The notes: generated by a model not told the origin, from the letters alone. Shown: positions 38,721-48,739, counted from the first letter of the stretch. The stretch: 64,000 bases of DNA from Candidatus Dadabacteria bacterium (GCA_026705445.1 JAPPAR010000011.1:145776-209775), one strand, 5' to 3'. Program-made: numbers and translations.

Positions 38721-40127
38721 TTACGCTATATCTCTCAGTTGGATTGAGTCTATGCCGGCGGTAGTTATAACGTCCGATACCAGCACTACAAGATCACCCT
38801 GTTCCAGCACCTGCTTTTCTTTCAGCAGCCCGAAAGCATCCTGTATTCTCTGTTCGGGATCTTCGGATTTCTCCATGAGATGCGCGGTTACGGACCTGTT
38901 CAAACAGAGCTGCCGTTTTATTCCGCTGTCGAAAGTTACCGCATGAATAGGTGTTTTGGCAGGCCTGCAGTTTGTTGTCAATTGAGCCATCAGTCCTTTC
39001 TTCGTTATTACAACAAGACATTTGGCGTTGACAGATTCGGCGAGTTCAACCGCCGAAGCCGCTATATGCTGCTTGAGATCTTGTTTAACAAGGAGCCTGC
39101 CCATCTGCAGACTCCTGAGGCTTTCCGCCTTTAAGGCTATCTTGTCGAGATGTTCTATTGATTTTACGGGATGTTTTCCGGTTGTCGTCTCGCCCGAGAG
39201 CATAAGGGCGTCGACTTCCTCATAGACCGCGTTTGAAACGTCAGTTACTTCCGCCCGGGTAGGAATCGGGTTGTCGATCATCGATTCAAGAAGATGGGTG
39301 GCGACTATTACTCTTTTGCCTTTCTCCTGGCATTTGCCGACTATCACTCTTTGCACATCCGGCAGTTCCTCAATGCTTATCTCGATGCCGAGATCTCCTC
39401 TCGCAACCATAACAGCGTCCGATGCCTCAACGATTTCCTCAACGTTTCGCACCCCTTCCTGATCCTCAATCTTTGAGATGATTTTTATTTTCTCCCCATC
39501 AACTCCCAGCAGTTCCCTGAGTTTAAAAACGTCCTGTGCTTCCCTGACGAAGGAAAGGGCTATGTAATCCACTCCGTTTCTTGCTCCGAACTCTATGTCC
39601 GCCTTGTCCTTGTCCGTTATTGAAGGGAGATTGACTTTTACCCCGGGCAGATTGACATGGCGCTTGCTTTTCATGGTTCCGCCGTCGATAACTCTGCATT
39701 TCATGGTTCCGTGGTCCTTCTTGAGCACTTCAAGGTTTATGAGACCGTTGTCCACGGTTATTTTCTCGCCTACCTGCACTTCGTTGATAATGTCCTCGTA
39801 ATTTATATGAATCGAGGACTCTTCGACGTCATCGGGTCTTACGGAAACCGTAATCACGTCTCCCTCGCTTATATGCAGGTCGCTTTGCAGAACCCCGGTT
39901 CTGATTTCCGGTCCCTGAGTGTCGAGTATAAGGGCGATTGAATCCCCAACTTCCCTGTTGATCGATTTCACCGTTTCGATTACTCCAAGGTGGCTTTCGT
40001 GAGTGCCGTGCGACATGTTGAGGCGCACGGCGTTCATTCCCGCCTCGTACATTTTCATCAACATTTCGTACGAACTTGTGGAGGGGCCGGCGGTGCAGAT
40101 TATTTTCGTTTTTCTAAATGGTTTCAT
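38721..40127 (-). CDS. pyk: pyruvate kinase
   Basis: The pattern is KTKIICTAGPST...RLNMSHG...DTQGPEIR. Confidence 0.95.
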   Translation of the reverse strand: MKPFRKTKIICTAGPSTSSYEMLMKMYEAGMNAVRLNMSHGTHESHLGVIETVKSINREVGDSIALILDTQGPEIRTGVLQSDLHISEGDVITVSVRPDDVEESSIHINYEDIINEVQVGEKITVDNGLINLEVLKKDHGTMKCRVIDGGTMKSKRHVNLPGVKVNLPSITDKDKADIEFGARNGVDYIALSFVREAQDVFKLRELLGVDGEKIKIISKIEDQEGVRNVEEIVEASDAVMVARGDLGIEISIEELPDVQRVIVGKCQEKGKRVIVATHLLESMIDNPIPTRAEVTDVSNAVYEEVDALMLSGETTTGKHPVKSIEHLDKIALKAESLRSLQMGRLLVKQDLKQHIAASAVELAESVNAKCLVVITKKGLMAQLTTNCRPAKTPIHAVTFDSGIKRQLCLNRSVTAHLMEKSEDPEQRIQDAFGLLKEKQVLEQGDLVVLVSDVITTAGIDSIQLRDIA

Positions 40128-40337
40128 AGGCGGGGAAATATGTCGGGAAATTTAAAAAATGCAAAATCTTGTTAATCAAAAACTAATAATATGGAGACAG
40201 GACAAAGCGATTCCATTTAAATTCTAGAAATTATACTTTGAATTTGCAAGACTAGTTCGGTGATATTAAATCAAAAGGAAGTTTGCGCTAAGTGGTTATG
40301 AAACAAAAGAGCTTCGTGGTTGTAAAATGCCGAAAGC

Positions 40338-41090
40338 CTAAGTTCGCAAAGGCTGATGAGCACAAACTTTTTTCCTTGAGTTTTTCTTTTTCAGTATTTG
40401 TTGTATCTGTTTTGCGAGTTCTTCCGGCACCTTTTCTTCTTTTCCGAGTGAAAGAAGCAACCTGAAAAAATCATTCTTTAGGGTGTCTTTTGAGTGATGT
40501 CTATGAAGTTGCAACAAAACTTCACTGTGACATTCTCGAACCTTCAATCTGCTTTTGCAAGGGCAGGGAAGATGGCCACGGTAGCCATACTCGAAAAGAA
40601 AAGCGAGCATTGTTAATATGTTGACATGACTACCTAAGCCCAGATCATCTCTGTAATACTCAATAATTCCCTCAACACCATGTGCACGCTCGCCAAAAGG
40701 GTGCTGGCCGTACTTTTTCCAATAGCAGTAACCGTATAAATATGGAATAACTAGATGATTTACGAACCCGAGTAAGGACTCTTGTTCTAGGAAAAACAAG
40801 CGTTTCTCAATTGGGGTAGCCAGACAGAGGGTCCCATCTTGATTCAGGTGTTCATAGTTTTGGTCGATTTTTCCACCTATTTCTCTTACAACCGGAAGAA
40901 CTTCTGGGTAAGCACTGGGAATAGCAAGTTCGATGTCAAAGCAGTCTGTAATCACTGGGAACCCATCGAAGGACGCTTCAAACGAAAGAGGACCTTTTAT
41001 AACTGTTTTCCGGTTCTGAAGAGATATATCTGTAAGGCCTCTATGAGTTTTTTTTAATTCGCAAATTTGGCTTCCGACCTTATTCTTCAT
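40338..41090 (-). CDS. E2 (UBC-fold)-like protein, Cap2-short-type CBASS accessory, with a Cys/His-rich C-terminal extension
   Basis: The UBC-like pattern is ...GPLSFEASFDGFPVITDCFDIELAIPSAYPEVLP...YEHLNQDGTLCLATP (compare HPN...G.ICL). The extra ~90 aa carry CPCKSRLKVRECH...HRHH. The low-GC context is shared with the two upstream genes. Confidence 0.55.
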   Translation of the reverse strand: MKNKVGSQICELKKTHRGLTDISLQNRKTVIKGPLSFEASFDGFPVITDCFDIELAIPSAYPEVLPVVREIGGKIDQNYEHLNQDGTLCLATPIEKRLFFLEQESLLGFVNHLVIPYLYGYCYWKKYGQHPFGERAHGVEGIIEYYRDDLGLGSHVNILTMLAFLFEYGYRGHLPCPCKSRLKVRECHSEVLLQLHRHHSKDTLKNDFFRLLLSLGKEEKVPEELAKQIQQILKKKNSRKKVCAHQPLRT

Positions 41091-41094
41091 TCAT

Positions 41095-42294
41095 TTAGTT
41101 TCTCCATGGCTTTCGTGGTCTGGAAATATGAATCTTCGGTGGGCTTTCGATTTCTCTAGGTGGTACTATCTGTTCCAAATTTCCCAGCACGGGTACACTG
41201 CCTAAAGCAGAAGTAAGAGTTCTTTGGACTTCATTTCGGTTATCTTTACCCAATATATCAACCAGATCTTCTTGTAGACACCTTAACCACATGAAGAAAG
41301 CCTCCGCTCTAGCATGATTATCTTCGTGCCACCTGTCTGCAAAGTTTTCCTCTGGATTAACCGGATTGCCTATATACCACTTCCCATCGGGAGTCCTCTT
41401 TATGGGGCTAATTGACTCTAGGGTTGGTTCAAGTGCTCGACCCTCAAACAGCGCTACGTGTGCACTTAAACTGGCCACGATGTTCTTCAGAGCGGAGTAA
41501 ACATCTGATTCATTTCGATAAAAATATGCGGAGAGGGTTGTAATAATTATTGAGATTGGAGCATAGTCAACACGCTCTGCATTATTGAACTTAATATCAC
41601 GGTGACGCTTCATAATTTGAATCGTGCGTTGAAGAGGGGTACGTACCAACTGATCTGGTACATCTTCAATTTTTGCATATATCTCGGGCACTCGATTTTG
41701 AATAAATTTCTTCTGCTCAGCATATACGAGGTCGAACGCAGGCTTGTTCCGGCCATCAAACCATAGACCATACCCTTTAGGGTCGCTTATTGACCATCTA
41801 TAGAGGGAAAGAAATTTATTTGTTATTGCAATTGCTGTATTCAGATAGCCTTTTGGATAAGGGACTGATGGCAGAACATCTAAGTGAAAACCTACATTGT
41901 CTTCCTCAGAGTATATTAGAGTCCAGCACCTCTTGCCTTCCTCATCTAGCATTCTCTTATACCTGTCATGTTCTTTTAGCCTGTCACCGACTAACTGCTT
42001 TACGTACTCAGGCTTGGCCCACTCTTTTAGCAAGGGGATTTCGCACACAAGATCAATGTCATAATCTGCTTCAATACCGTTCCTTATTGGTCTTGTGACT
42101 GTGCCTAACCGAAATGAACCTTGTGGATAGATGTCTAACCCAGAATCACAAGATCCGGGGTAATCTCCGCCTTCCAGCCATTTTGCAACAGCTTGGTAGC
42201 GCTCGACAGCATCTTTGTACTTGACCGGGGAAATATCTAGGTCCCCTGCAACTTCGTTTAAAAAGTTAGAATATCTAGCTTCATCAATTCTCAT
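41095..42294 (-). CDS. cGAS/DncV-like nucleotidyltransferase (CD-NTase)
   Basis: The Pol-beta-type NTase motif is GSFRLGTVTRPIRNGIEADYDIDLV (GS...[DE]x[DE]). At ~400 aa the length is typical, and it is sandwiched between a patatin and an E2-like gene. Confidence 0.75.
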   Translation of the reverse strand: MRIDEARYSNFLNEVAGDLDISPVKYKDAVERYQAVAKWLEGGDYPGSCDSGLDIYPQGSFRLGTVTRPIRNGIEADYDIDLVCEIPLLKEWAKPEYVKQLVGDRLKEHDRYKRMLDEEGKRCWTLIYSEEDNVGFHLDVLPSVPYPKGYLNTAIAITNKFLSLYRWSISDPKGYGLWFDGRNKPAFDLVYAEQKKFIQNRVPEIYAKIEDVPDQLVRTPLQRTIQIMKRHRDIKFNNAERVDYAPISIIITTLSAYFYRNESDVYSALKNIVASLSAHVALFEGRALEPTLESISPIKRTPDGKWYIGNPVNPEENFADRWHEDNHARAEAFFMWLRCLQEDLVDILGKDNRNEVQRTLTSALGSVPVLGNLEQIVPPREIESPPKIHISRPRKPWRN

Positions 42295-42296
42295 TC

Positions 42297-43304
42297 TTAA
42301 TCCTCCAACTTATAATATGGTTTGAAAGCTTCTACTGGTTTGTCGAAAAATATAGCTTCGAGGCTGGGTTGCCAGCTTCGCCCCTCGGAGTGGCCGAGTC
42401 CTTTTAAGTCTTGTATGGTCTTTGTGTCGTCCATTTTATAGGTGTTATATGGAACCGTCTGATTTACTCTGTATATAGCGGTACGTTCATGTTCATGACC
42501 CGTTAACAGTTTTGCGATACCCATAGCCCCCTGGGACTGTCCGTCCATGAATAGGTTAATAATTCTTGAGTTAAGCGTTCCGAGACCAGCGCGTTTTGGT
42601 ATATTGTACGCCTCCTGCAGACACCCTAGACTTAAGACGCGAAGCGACTCTCTTGGCCAGTTCAGCAGGGAGATGGCCTCAACAACAGCAATCGCTACAG
42701 GATTGTTTGCCCATATACCGCCGTCAATGAGGGCGACACCATGCTGTGTAACGTGTTGCTTGAAATAGGAAGGAGCTGCTGATGTCGCCATAGCTACATC
42801 AACTGCGCTTGATTTGTAATCTGTTTTTAGCCGAGGATGATGTGCTGTTTTATAGATATAGACGGAATTAGCAACCGGATTCCAAGCTGGAATAAGTAAC
42901 CGGGTTTTTGCTTCACCGATGCGTTTTTCCCCAAGCACATCATGAAGAACAGCTCGGAGAGGTTCAGAATTATACTTTCTTAGAAAACACCATTTAACTG
43001 CTCGGATTTTCCTGAGGAGAAAATTCAGAAACGGTCCATTATTTTTACCAAATACCTCATAACTTCTGTTTTCGTAAAAATTCAATAGTTGCGATGCTGA
43101 AACTCCCATGCTGAGACCAAGCGCAATGATTCCTCCTGTGGAACTTCCCGCAATTAGGTCGAAATACTTTCCAATAGGGTGATCAAGGTGTTTTTCCAGT
43201 TCAGCAAGAAATGCCGCAGGAAAAGTACCGAGGACTCCCCCTCCGTCAATACATAGGATTCGTTTTTTTGCTATTCCGGTATTTTCTTTCTTAACCCTGT
43301 TCAA
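42297..43304 (-). CDS. patatin-like phospholipase (CapV-like CBASS effector)
   Basis: The oxyanion motif is DGGGVLG, the nucleophile elbow is GSSTGG (GxSxG), and the catalytic Asp lies in ...IDGG... Confidence 0.85.
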   Translation of the reverse strand: MNRVKKENTGIAKKRILCIDGGGVLGTFPAAFLAELEKHLDHPIGKYFDLIAGSSTGGIIALGLSMGVSASQLLNFYENRSYEVFGKNNGPFLNFLLRKIRAVKWCFLRKYNSEPLRAVLHDVLGEKRIGEAKTRLLIPAWNPVANSVYIYKTAHHPRLKTDYKSSAVDVAMATSAAPSYFKQHVTQHGVALIDGGIWANNPVAIAVVEAISLLNWPRESLRVLSLGCLQEAYNIPKRAGLGTLNSRIINLFMDGQSQGAMGIAKLLTGHEHERTAIYRVNQTVPYNTYKMDDTKTIQDLKGLGHSEGRSWQPSLEAIFFDKPVEAFKPYYKLED

Positions 43305-43526
43305 TTTTTCTTCTTGCGATCTTTGTTATTAGGTGCAACAGTAAAAAATACTTGAAAAAGGTCCCTGTTTCTTTTATAATGTTGACTGTTACAAGCTACA
43401 TATTTTATTCTAAGGAAGTTATTTTTTTATTTTGTTTTAGCAAGCTAGCGCAGCATGTTGCCTAGTACAGACAACAGAATAATTGATCTTTTTTGCTTGT
43501 CAAGAATTTTCTCAAAATAATATAGA

Positions 43527-43910
43527 ATGTCTTTTGGTTATGCTTTGAAAAAGTTTCGTGAAGGGCGTGGTTTAACCCTTCGAGAGCTTGGGAAACTGTG
43601 TGGAATAGACCATACCTATATCCATCGATTGGAAAAAGAAGAAAGGACTTCCCCATCGGAAGAAACTGTCGACTCTCTCATTAATACACTCAAGCTCCGT
43701 GGACGCAAGGCTCGCCTGTTGCGTTTTCTTGTTGGACAGACAGTCAGTGACCAGCTTGTTGAAGTCTTTCTAGAGGATGAAGAACGCCCCATAGAAATTT
43801 TTGAGTCTTTGGCCTTCATGAGCTTCAGAGGAAAACAACCTAAAACTAAAGAAGAATGGCGCAAGTGGGCTGAACGGCTGGAAGAGTTTATGAAGAATGA
43901 GCAAAGATAA
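43527..43910 (+). CDS. XRE-family HTH transcriptional regulator (CapH-like)
   Basis: The helix-turn-helix is LTLRELGKLCGIDHTYIHRLE. It is divergent from the CBASS operon and overlaps the downstream peptidase gene. Confidence 0.7.
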   Translation: MSFGYALKKFREGRGLTLRELGKLCGIDHTYIHRLEKEERTSPSEETVDSLINTLKLRGRKARLLRFLVGQTVSDQLVEVFLEDEERPIEIFESLAFMSFRGKQPKTKEEWRKWAERLEEFMKNEQR

Positions 43911-44802
43911 AGCAAAAGAGCTTGAAATTGTTTTAAAGGCTCGCGATTTCATTAGAGAATCTGGAATAAATTCCGTGCCTGTTGATCTTAAGCGTTACTG
44001 TGCGGTTGCTAAGGCTAAAATTAAGGTTCGCTATGATCTCGATGATGAAGAATCAGGCCAGACTTTTCCCTTGAACAGTAAAAATATTATCACTGTTAAC
44101 GGTAATCATACGGAAGAAAGGCAACGATTTACAGTTCTGCACGAGATTGGTCATATTATTCTGGAACTACCCTCAAGGCATCAAAATGGTTGTATAAAAA
44201 CAACTGATTTGATCAGTTACAGGCAACGCCCAGAAGAAGAGGTCCTATGCGATATTTTTGCGGCGGAATGCCTCTTGCCGTATGATTTTTTCGAGAAGGA
44301 TATTGAAGATGTTGACATATGTCTCGATACGATAAAGAACCTGTCAAAACGTTACAAAGCTTCTATACACTCTACAGGTTCCAGGTTTGCTGCTAATTGT
44401 GAAGGGCTTTGTTCTTTTGTTCTTATTGAAGAAGGTAAAATTCGCTATGTATCCAGTTCAAAATCTCTGCGTGAACTTAAGGGCTGGATTGACATCGGTG
44501 TGCCAGTTCCTCAAAACAGCGCAGCTTTTCAACTGATCAAAAATCGATCTGAGACTGAGCATTACGATGATGAAATTCCTACTGAGATTTGGTTCAACAA
44601 TGGTATCGGAAATTACGATATGTTGTGTGAGGAAGCAATCTTTATAAAAGAATGGAATCAATGTCTTTCCATTCTTTGGTTTGATGAAAACTTGAGACCT
44701 GCAGGTGAAATCGAACCTTACGATGTTGATTATGGGGAATCGTCATTACCCAGAGAATTTGATGGAGTATTGACGTGGCCATCAAGAAGTCGGAGGAGAT
44801 AA
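43897..44802 (+). CDS. ImmA/IrrE-family zinc metallopeptidase (CapP-like)
   Basis: The HEIGH motif (VLHEIGHIILE) is followed by a downstream Glu/Cys-rich region. It is paired with the XRE HTH. Confidence 0.75.
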   Translation: MSKDKAKELEIVLKARDFIRESGINSVPVDLKRYCAVAKAKIKVRYDLDDEESGQTFPLNSKNIITVNGNHTEERQRFTVLHEIGHIILELPSRHQNGCIKTTDLISYRQRPEEEVLCDIFAAECLLPYDFFEKDIEDVDICLDTIKNLSKRYKASIHSTGSRFAANCEGLCSFVLIEEGKIRYVSSSKSLRELKGWIDIGVPVPQNSAAFQLIKNRSETEHYDDEIPTEIWFNNGIGNYDMLCEEAIFIKEWNQCLSILWFDENLRPAGEIEPYDVDYGESSLPREFDGVLTWPSRSRRR

Positions 44803-44868
44803 GCAGAGTTAAAAACTAGCTGTTTTACTTATTACGCCTAACAACTAAAGACATACTAAAAAAGAAAA

Positions 44869-45942
44869 ATGTATACAGACTATACTGTTTCAGAAACAGA
44901 CTCCCAAAATTGTCCTGATAACGGAAGACACTTCTGTAGATATTTTCAACTCCAAAACAGACGGTATTTAGGAAACAAATACAAGTTACTTGGATTTATT
45001 GAGAATGTAATTTCTCAAAAGTGCGAGTCGGTAGCCTCTTTGTGTGATATTTTTGCCGGTACCGGTGCAGTTTCTGAAAGATTCAATAGTTTGGAAGTTA
45101 AAATTATTTCCAATGATCTTCTTTTTGCTAACTATGTTTGCTTGAATGCGTTTTTAGGAATTGCCGGCTACCAGTTAGCAAATATTTTTGAAAAAATAGA
45201 ATATCTTAATAGTCTGCCGAGCGATGAAGAAAACTATTTTTCGAAACACTTTGGTGGAACGTATTTCTCAGACGAGAACGCAAGGAAAATTGGAGCGGTA
45301 CGCGAGGAAATAGAAAAAATCGCGGAAAATGAGGAGGAAAGAAACGTCCTGATTTGTTCGTTGCTTTATGCGGCGGATAAGGTTGCCAATACAGTGGGTC
45401 ACTACGACGCTTTCCGTAAGAAGTTGGACATGCTACAGCCGGTAACTCTTCTGATTCCTTCTATTGACTATTCACGTAATTTGAACAACGAGATTTACAA
45501 GGAGGATGCAAACGTGCTGATTGAAAAGATTTCTTGCGATGTCTTGTATGTCGATCCACCATATAATTCACGTCAATACTCTGACGCATATCATCTTTTG
45601 GAAAATCTTGCGGAATGGAAGAAGCCCGAGGTTATTGGTGTAGGCAAGAAAATGGACCGTTCTCATATAAAGAGTGCCTATTGTCTCAAGGATGCAGCGA
45701 CCGCGTTTGCAGACTTGGTCGAAAAGGCGAACTGTAACCATATTCTGCTTTCTTATAACAATACTGGTGATTCAAAGGATGGGCGCTCAAATGCAAGAAT
45801 GAGTGATGATGAGATTCTCCAAATTCTGGATGATAAAGGAGAAATTGAAGTTTTTGAAAAGGATTACAAACCCTTTACAACGGGAAAGAGTAATGGAGAG
45901 AGCAACGCGGAACGAATTTTCTATTGCAGAGTAACGAAATAA
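44869..45942 (+). CDS. D12-class (Dam-like) N6-adenine DNA methyltransferase
   Basis: The N-terminus RYLGNKYKLL, the AdoMet motif DIFAGTGAVS and the catalytic DPPY (YVDPPYNS) are present. Confidence 0.8.
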   Translation: MYTDYTVSETDSQNCPDNGRHFCRYFQLQNRRYLGNKYKLLGFIENVISQKCESVASLCDIFAGTGAVSERFNSLEVKIISNDLLFANYVCLNAFLGIAGYQLANIFEKIEYLNSLPSDEENYFSKHFGGTYFSDENARKIGAVREEIEKIAENEEERNVLICSLLYAADKVANTVGHYDAFRKKLDMLQPVTLLIPSIDYSRNLNNEIYKEDANVLIEKISCDVLYVDPPYNSRQYSDAYHLLENLAEWKKPEVIGVGKKMDRSHIKSAYCLKDAATAFADLVEKANCNHILLSYNNTGDSKDGRSNARMSDDEILQILDDKGEIEVFEKDYKPFTTGKSNGESNAERIFYCRVTK

Positions 45943-47759
45943 TGACGAAAAAACCTTGGTCGGTTACAACAACGGTACGAAACCCCGACAGATTAAGAGG
46001 CTTTTTGGCCGTTTTGCAAGAGCTTGAAGGCTCGGATTGGAACCATGAGAATCAGAAAAAGTATCAAATTCTTCTGATTCAATCTAGGCTATACGGTTAC
46101 GGAAAACAGCAGTTTTACAACGGACTTACGGACGAACAAATTGAATTAATTGATAACCCGTCAACGGAGATTTCTTTTGAACAAGCAGAGGAGATTTTCG
46201 ATGAGAAAAATTACGAAGATCCTCCAATGCGTGGAAGACAATCATTAAACCCTTTGAAAAAGTTCGGATTTGCTGTAATCAAAAATAGAAAAATATTTAT
46301 TACGGACTTGGGAAGGTTGTTTTTACAGGATGATTTTAAAGATAATCTTGGAGAAATTTTTCTTAAAAGTTTCCTAAAGTGGCAATTACCGAATCCTGAT
46401 AGTCAAGACTATCCAAAGGACACATATTACGATGTCAAGCCCTTTGTTGCCACGCTTCATTTAATTAACAAAGTAAATCAAAAAGAAATCGATTGTGACA
46501 ACAAACCAAAAGGGCTCAGCAAACAGGAATTCTCTCTTTTTGTTCCAACACTACTGCACTACAAAGATATAGCTTTCTATGCCCAAAGAATCGTTGACTT
46601 GAGACGAGAAGGAACAACAAGAAGTGGGGTTGTTTCAGAAAGCTACAAAAAACAGTTTGCAGAGAAATTCCTGGAAACTGATAACCCCGAGGAAGTAGAT
46701 AAGCTCCTAAAAAACCTGAAGGACTATGGGGATAATACCATTCGTTATTTTCGGTTAATTCCATATGTTTACATTCATGGTGGTGACTTCTATGTTGACT
46801 TGGAGCCGAGAAGAAAAATTGAAATCGAATCACTGCTCAATCATAACAACGCGCAGACAAAAAGCTTTGAGTCAAAAGAAGAATATTTTGCATATATATC
46901 TGATATTTCTAGACCACAGCTTCCTTGGGAGACTTTTGAGAAACGTATTGAGATTATTAAAGAGCTTATTGAGAAAGTACATCAATGCGAAAGAGTTTTG
47001 CAGAAGGAAAATATAGAGATCAGGAACTACTTGAAGATGCAAAATGATGAGTTGGGAGATTACATAACGGAATTAAGGAATTACAGACGATCATTGCTGG
47101 AAGAGAAAAATCGCAAAAAATCTCAATCAGTTGAACAAATTAAGTCTTGTATTAAAAACCTGAAAAATATTCATCATTCTGAAGGCGATCGCCCGATACT
47201 ACTTGAGAAACTGGCTACACTCGGTTTACATGCACTTGATGACGCAAGGGAAATAAAACCCAATTAACCAGTCGGGGATGACAATGAACCGACTTTTACG
47301 GCCCCGGGAGATGTTCCAGACATTGAATGTTTTTATAAAAGCTTCAATGCAATTTGCGAAGTTACGATGTTAACCGGTCGGAATCAATGGTACTACGAAG
47401 GGCAGCCGGTGATGAGGCATTTCAGGGATTTTGAAGATGAGCACAAAGACAAACTATCTTACTGCGTGTTTATTGCCCCAAAGTTGCATAGAGATACCAT
47501 CAATACTTTTTGGAATGCGGTAAAGTATGGATACGAAGGGCAACGGCAAAAAATAATTCCACTTTCAATTAGTAACTTTGTTTCTATTTTAAAATCCTTG
47601 CTTGATATGAAAACGAAACAAAAATCTTTGAGGCATGAAAATCTTTCTTCGCTGTATGACCAGATATTGTCCTCTACTAATTCTTTTAGTGATTCAAATG
47701 AATGGTTGGGAAGTATCAGAGCTACTATTTCCTCGTGGCAGAAAGACATCGCTTCGTAA
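45924..47759 (+). pseudogene. large Type IIS-like restriction endonuclease gene (possibly AlwI/BstNBI family) interrupted by one in-frame TAA at 47265-47267
   Basis: The track ORFs 45924..47267 and 47367..47759 are in the same frame. Translating across the gap gives ...REIKPN*PVGDDNEPTFTAPGDVPDIECFYKSFNAICEVTMLTGRNQWYYEG..., a PD-x(n)-E-x-(K/T)-like nuclease core downstream of the stop. It is flanked by two methyltransferases. Confidence 0.5.
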
Positions 47760-47773
47760 ATGCGAGGGCAGAT

Positions 47774-48544
47774 ATGAGAACGGGGATTATATACAATGGT
47801 GATTGCGTCAAAGTGATGAGAGAGAAAATCGATGAAAAATCCATCGATTTAATTTTCGCTGACCCTCCTTACAATCTTTCTGGAAGTGGCTTAAAATGGG
47901 AAGGAAACAAAACCGGCGGCAACTGGTACATGATCAATGAAAATTGGGACAAAATGACAGCTCCTGAGTATATGCAATTTACGAGACAGTGGATCAGTTC
48001 TTGTCATAGGGTTTTGAAGGATAACGGGTCAATTTACATTGCATGCAGTTATCACAATATAAGCGAGGTGATGATTGTATTAAAACAACTTGATTTCAAA
48101 ATCAATAACGTTATTACTTGGCGCAAGACAAACGCGATGCCGAATATGACAAAAAGAGTTTTCACGCACTCAACGGAGTTTATAGTTTGGGCGGTAAAAG
48201 GAAGAGGTTGGACATTCAATTATGAAGAAATAAAGGAAATAAATCCCGAAAAACAAAAGGACGGAAGCCCCAAACAGATGCGCGACTTTTGGGAATTGCC
48301 GCTTGTACAAGGGCGAGAAAGATTGCGGGGTGAAGATAACCGTGCTTTGCACCCTACACAAAAACCGGAAGAAATGCTTAAAAGAATCATATTAGCAAGT
48401 TCTAATGAAGGCGAAGTAGTTCTTGACCCTTTTCTTGGGAGTGGGACAACGACTTATGTGGCAAGAAAATACGGTCGTAAGTGGATTGGAATTGAGCAGA
48501 ATAGTGAGTATGTAGGAATTGCTAAGAAAAGAATGAAAAAGTAA
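47774..48544 (+). CDS. beta-class N6/N4 DNA methyltransferase
   Basis: The catalytic motif is DPPYN. HPTQKP...DPFLGSGTT is the AdoMet motif in the order typical of beta-class enzymes. Confidence 0.85.
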   Translation: MRTGIIYNGDCVKVMREKIDEKSIDLIFADPPYNLSGSGLKWEGNKTGGNWYMINENWDKMTAPEYMQFTRQWISSCHRVLKDNGSIYIACSYHNISEVMIVLKQLDFKINNVITWRKTNAMPNMTKRVFTHSTEFIVWAVKGRGWTFNYEEIKEINPEKQKDGSPKQMRDFWELPLVQGRERLRGEDNRALHPTQKPEEMLKRIILASSNEGEVVLDPFLGSGTTTYVARKYGRKWIGIEQNSEYVGIAKKRMKK

Positions 48545-48739
48545 TTGAAAGCACGAACTAAATTACTCGTAATTCCTTGCCGATTTGCTCAATTGTATAA
48601 TTTCGATTTTTTGTTTCTGATTTGATAAACTCCCATAATTTTCTAATCAACCATAAGCTTTTTTGACAGCACTCCCGTTTTGTGATAGTAAACTGCTTTT
48701 TAATCTAACAAGAACCCCCAAGTTCCCCAAGACGAGACA

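Noticed and set aside
43462-43656. 64-aa minus-strand ORF overlapping the start of the XRE regulator gene
   Set aside because: It overlaps a well-supported HTH gene and the divergent promoter region. It has no motif.
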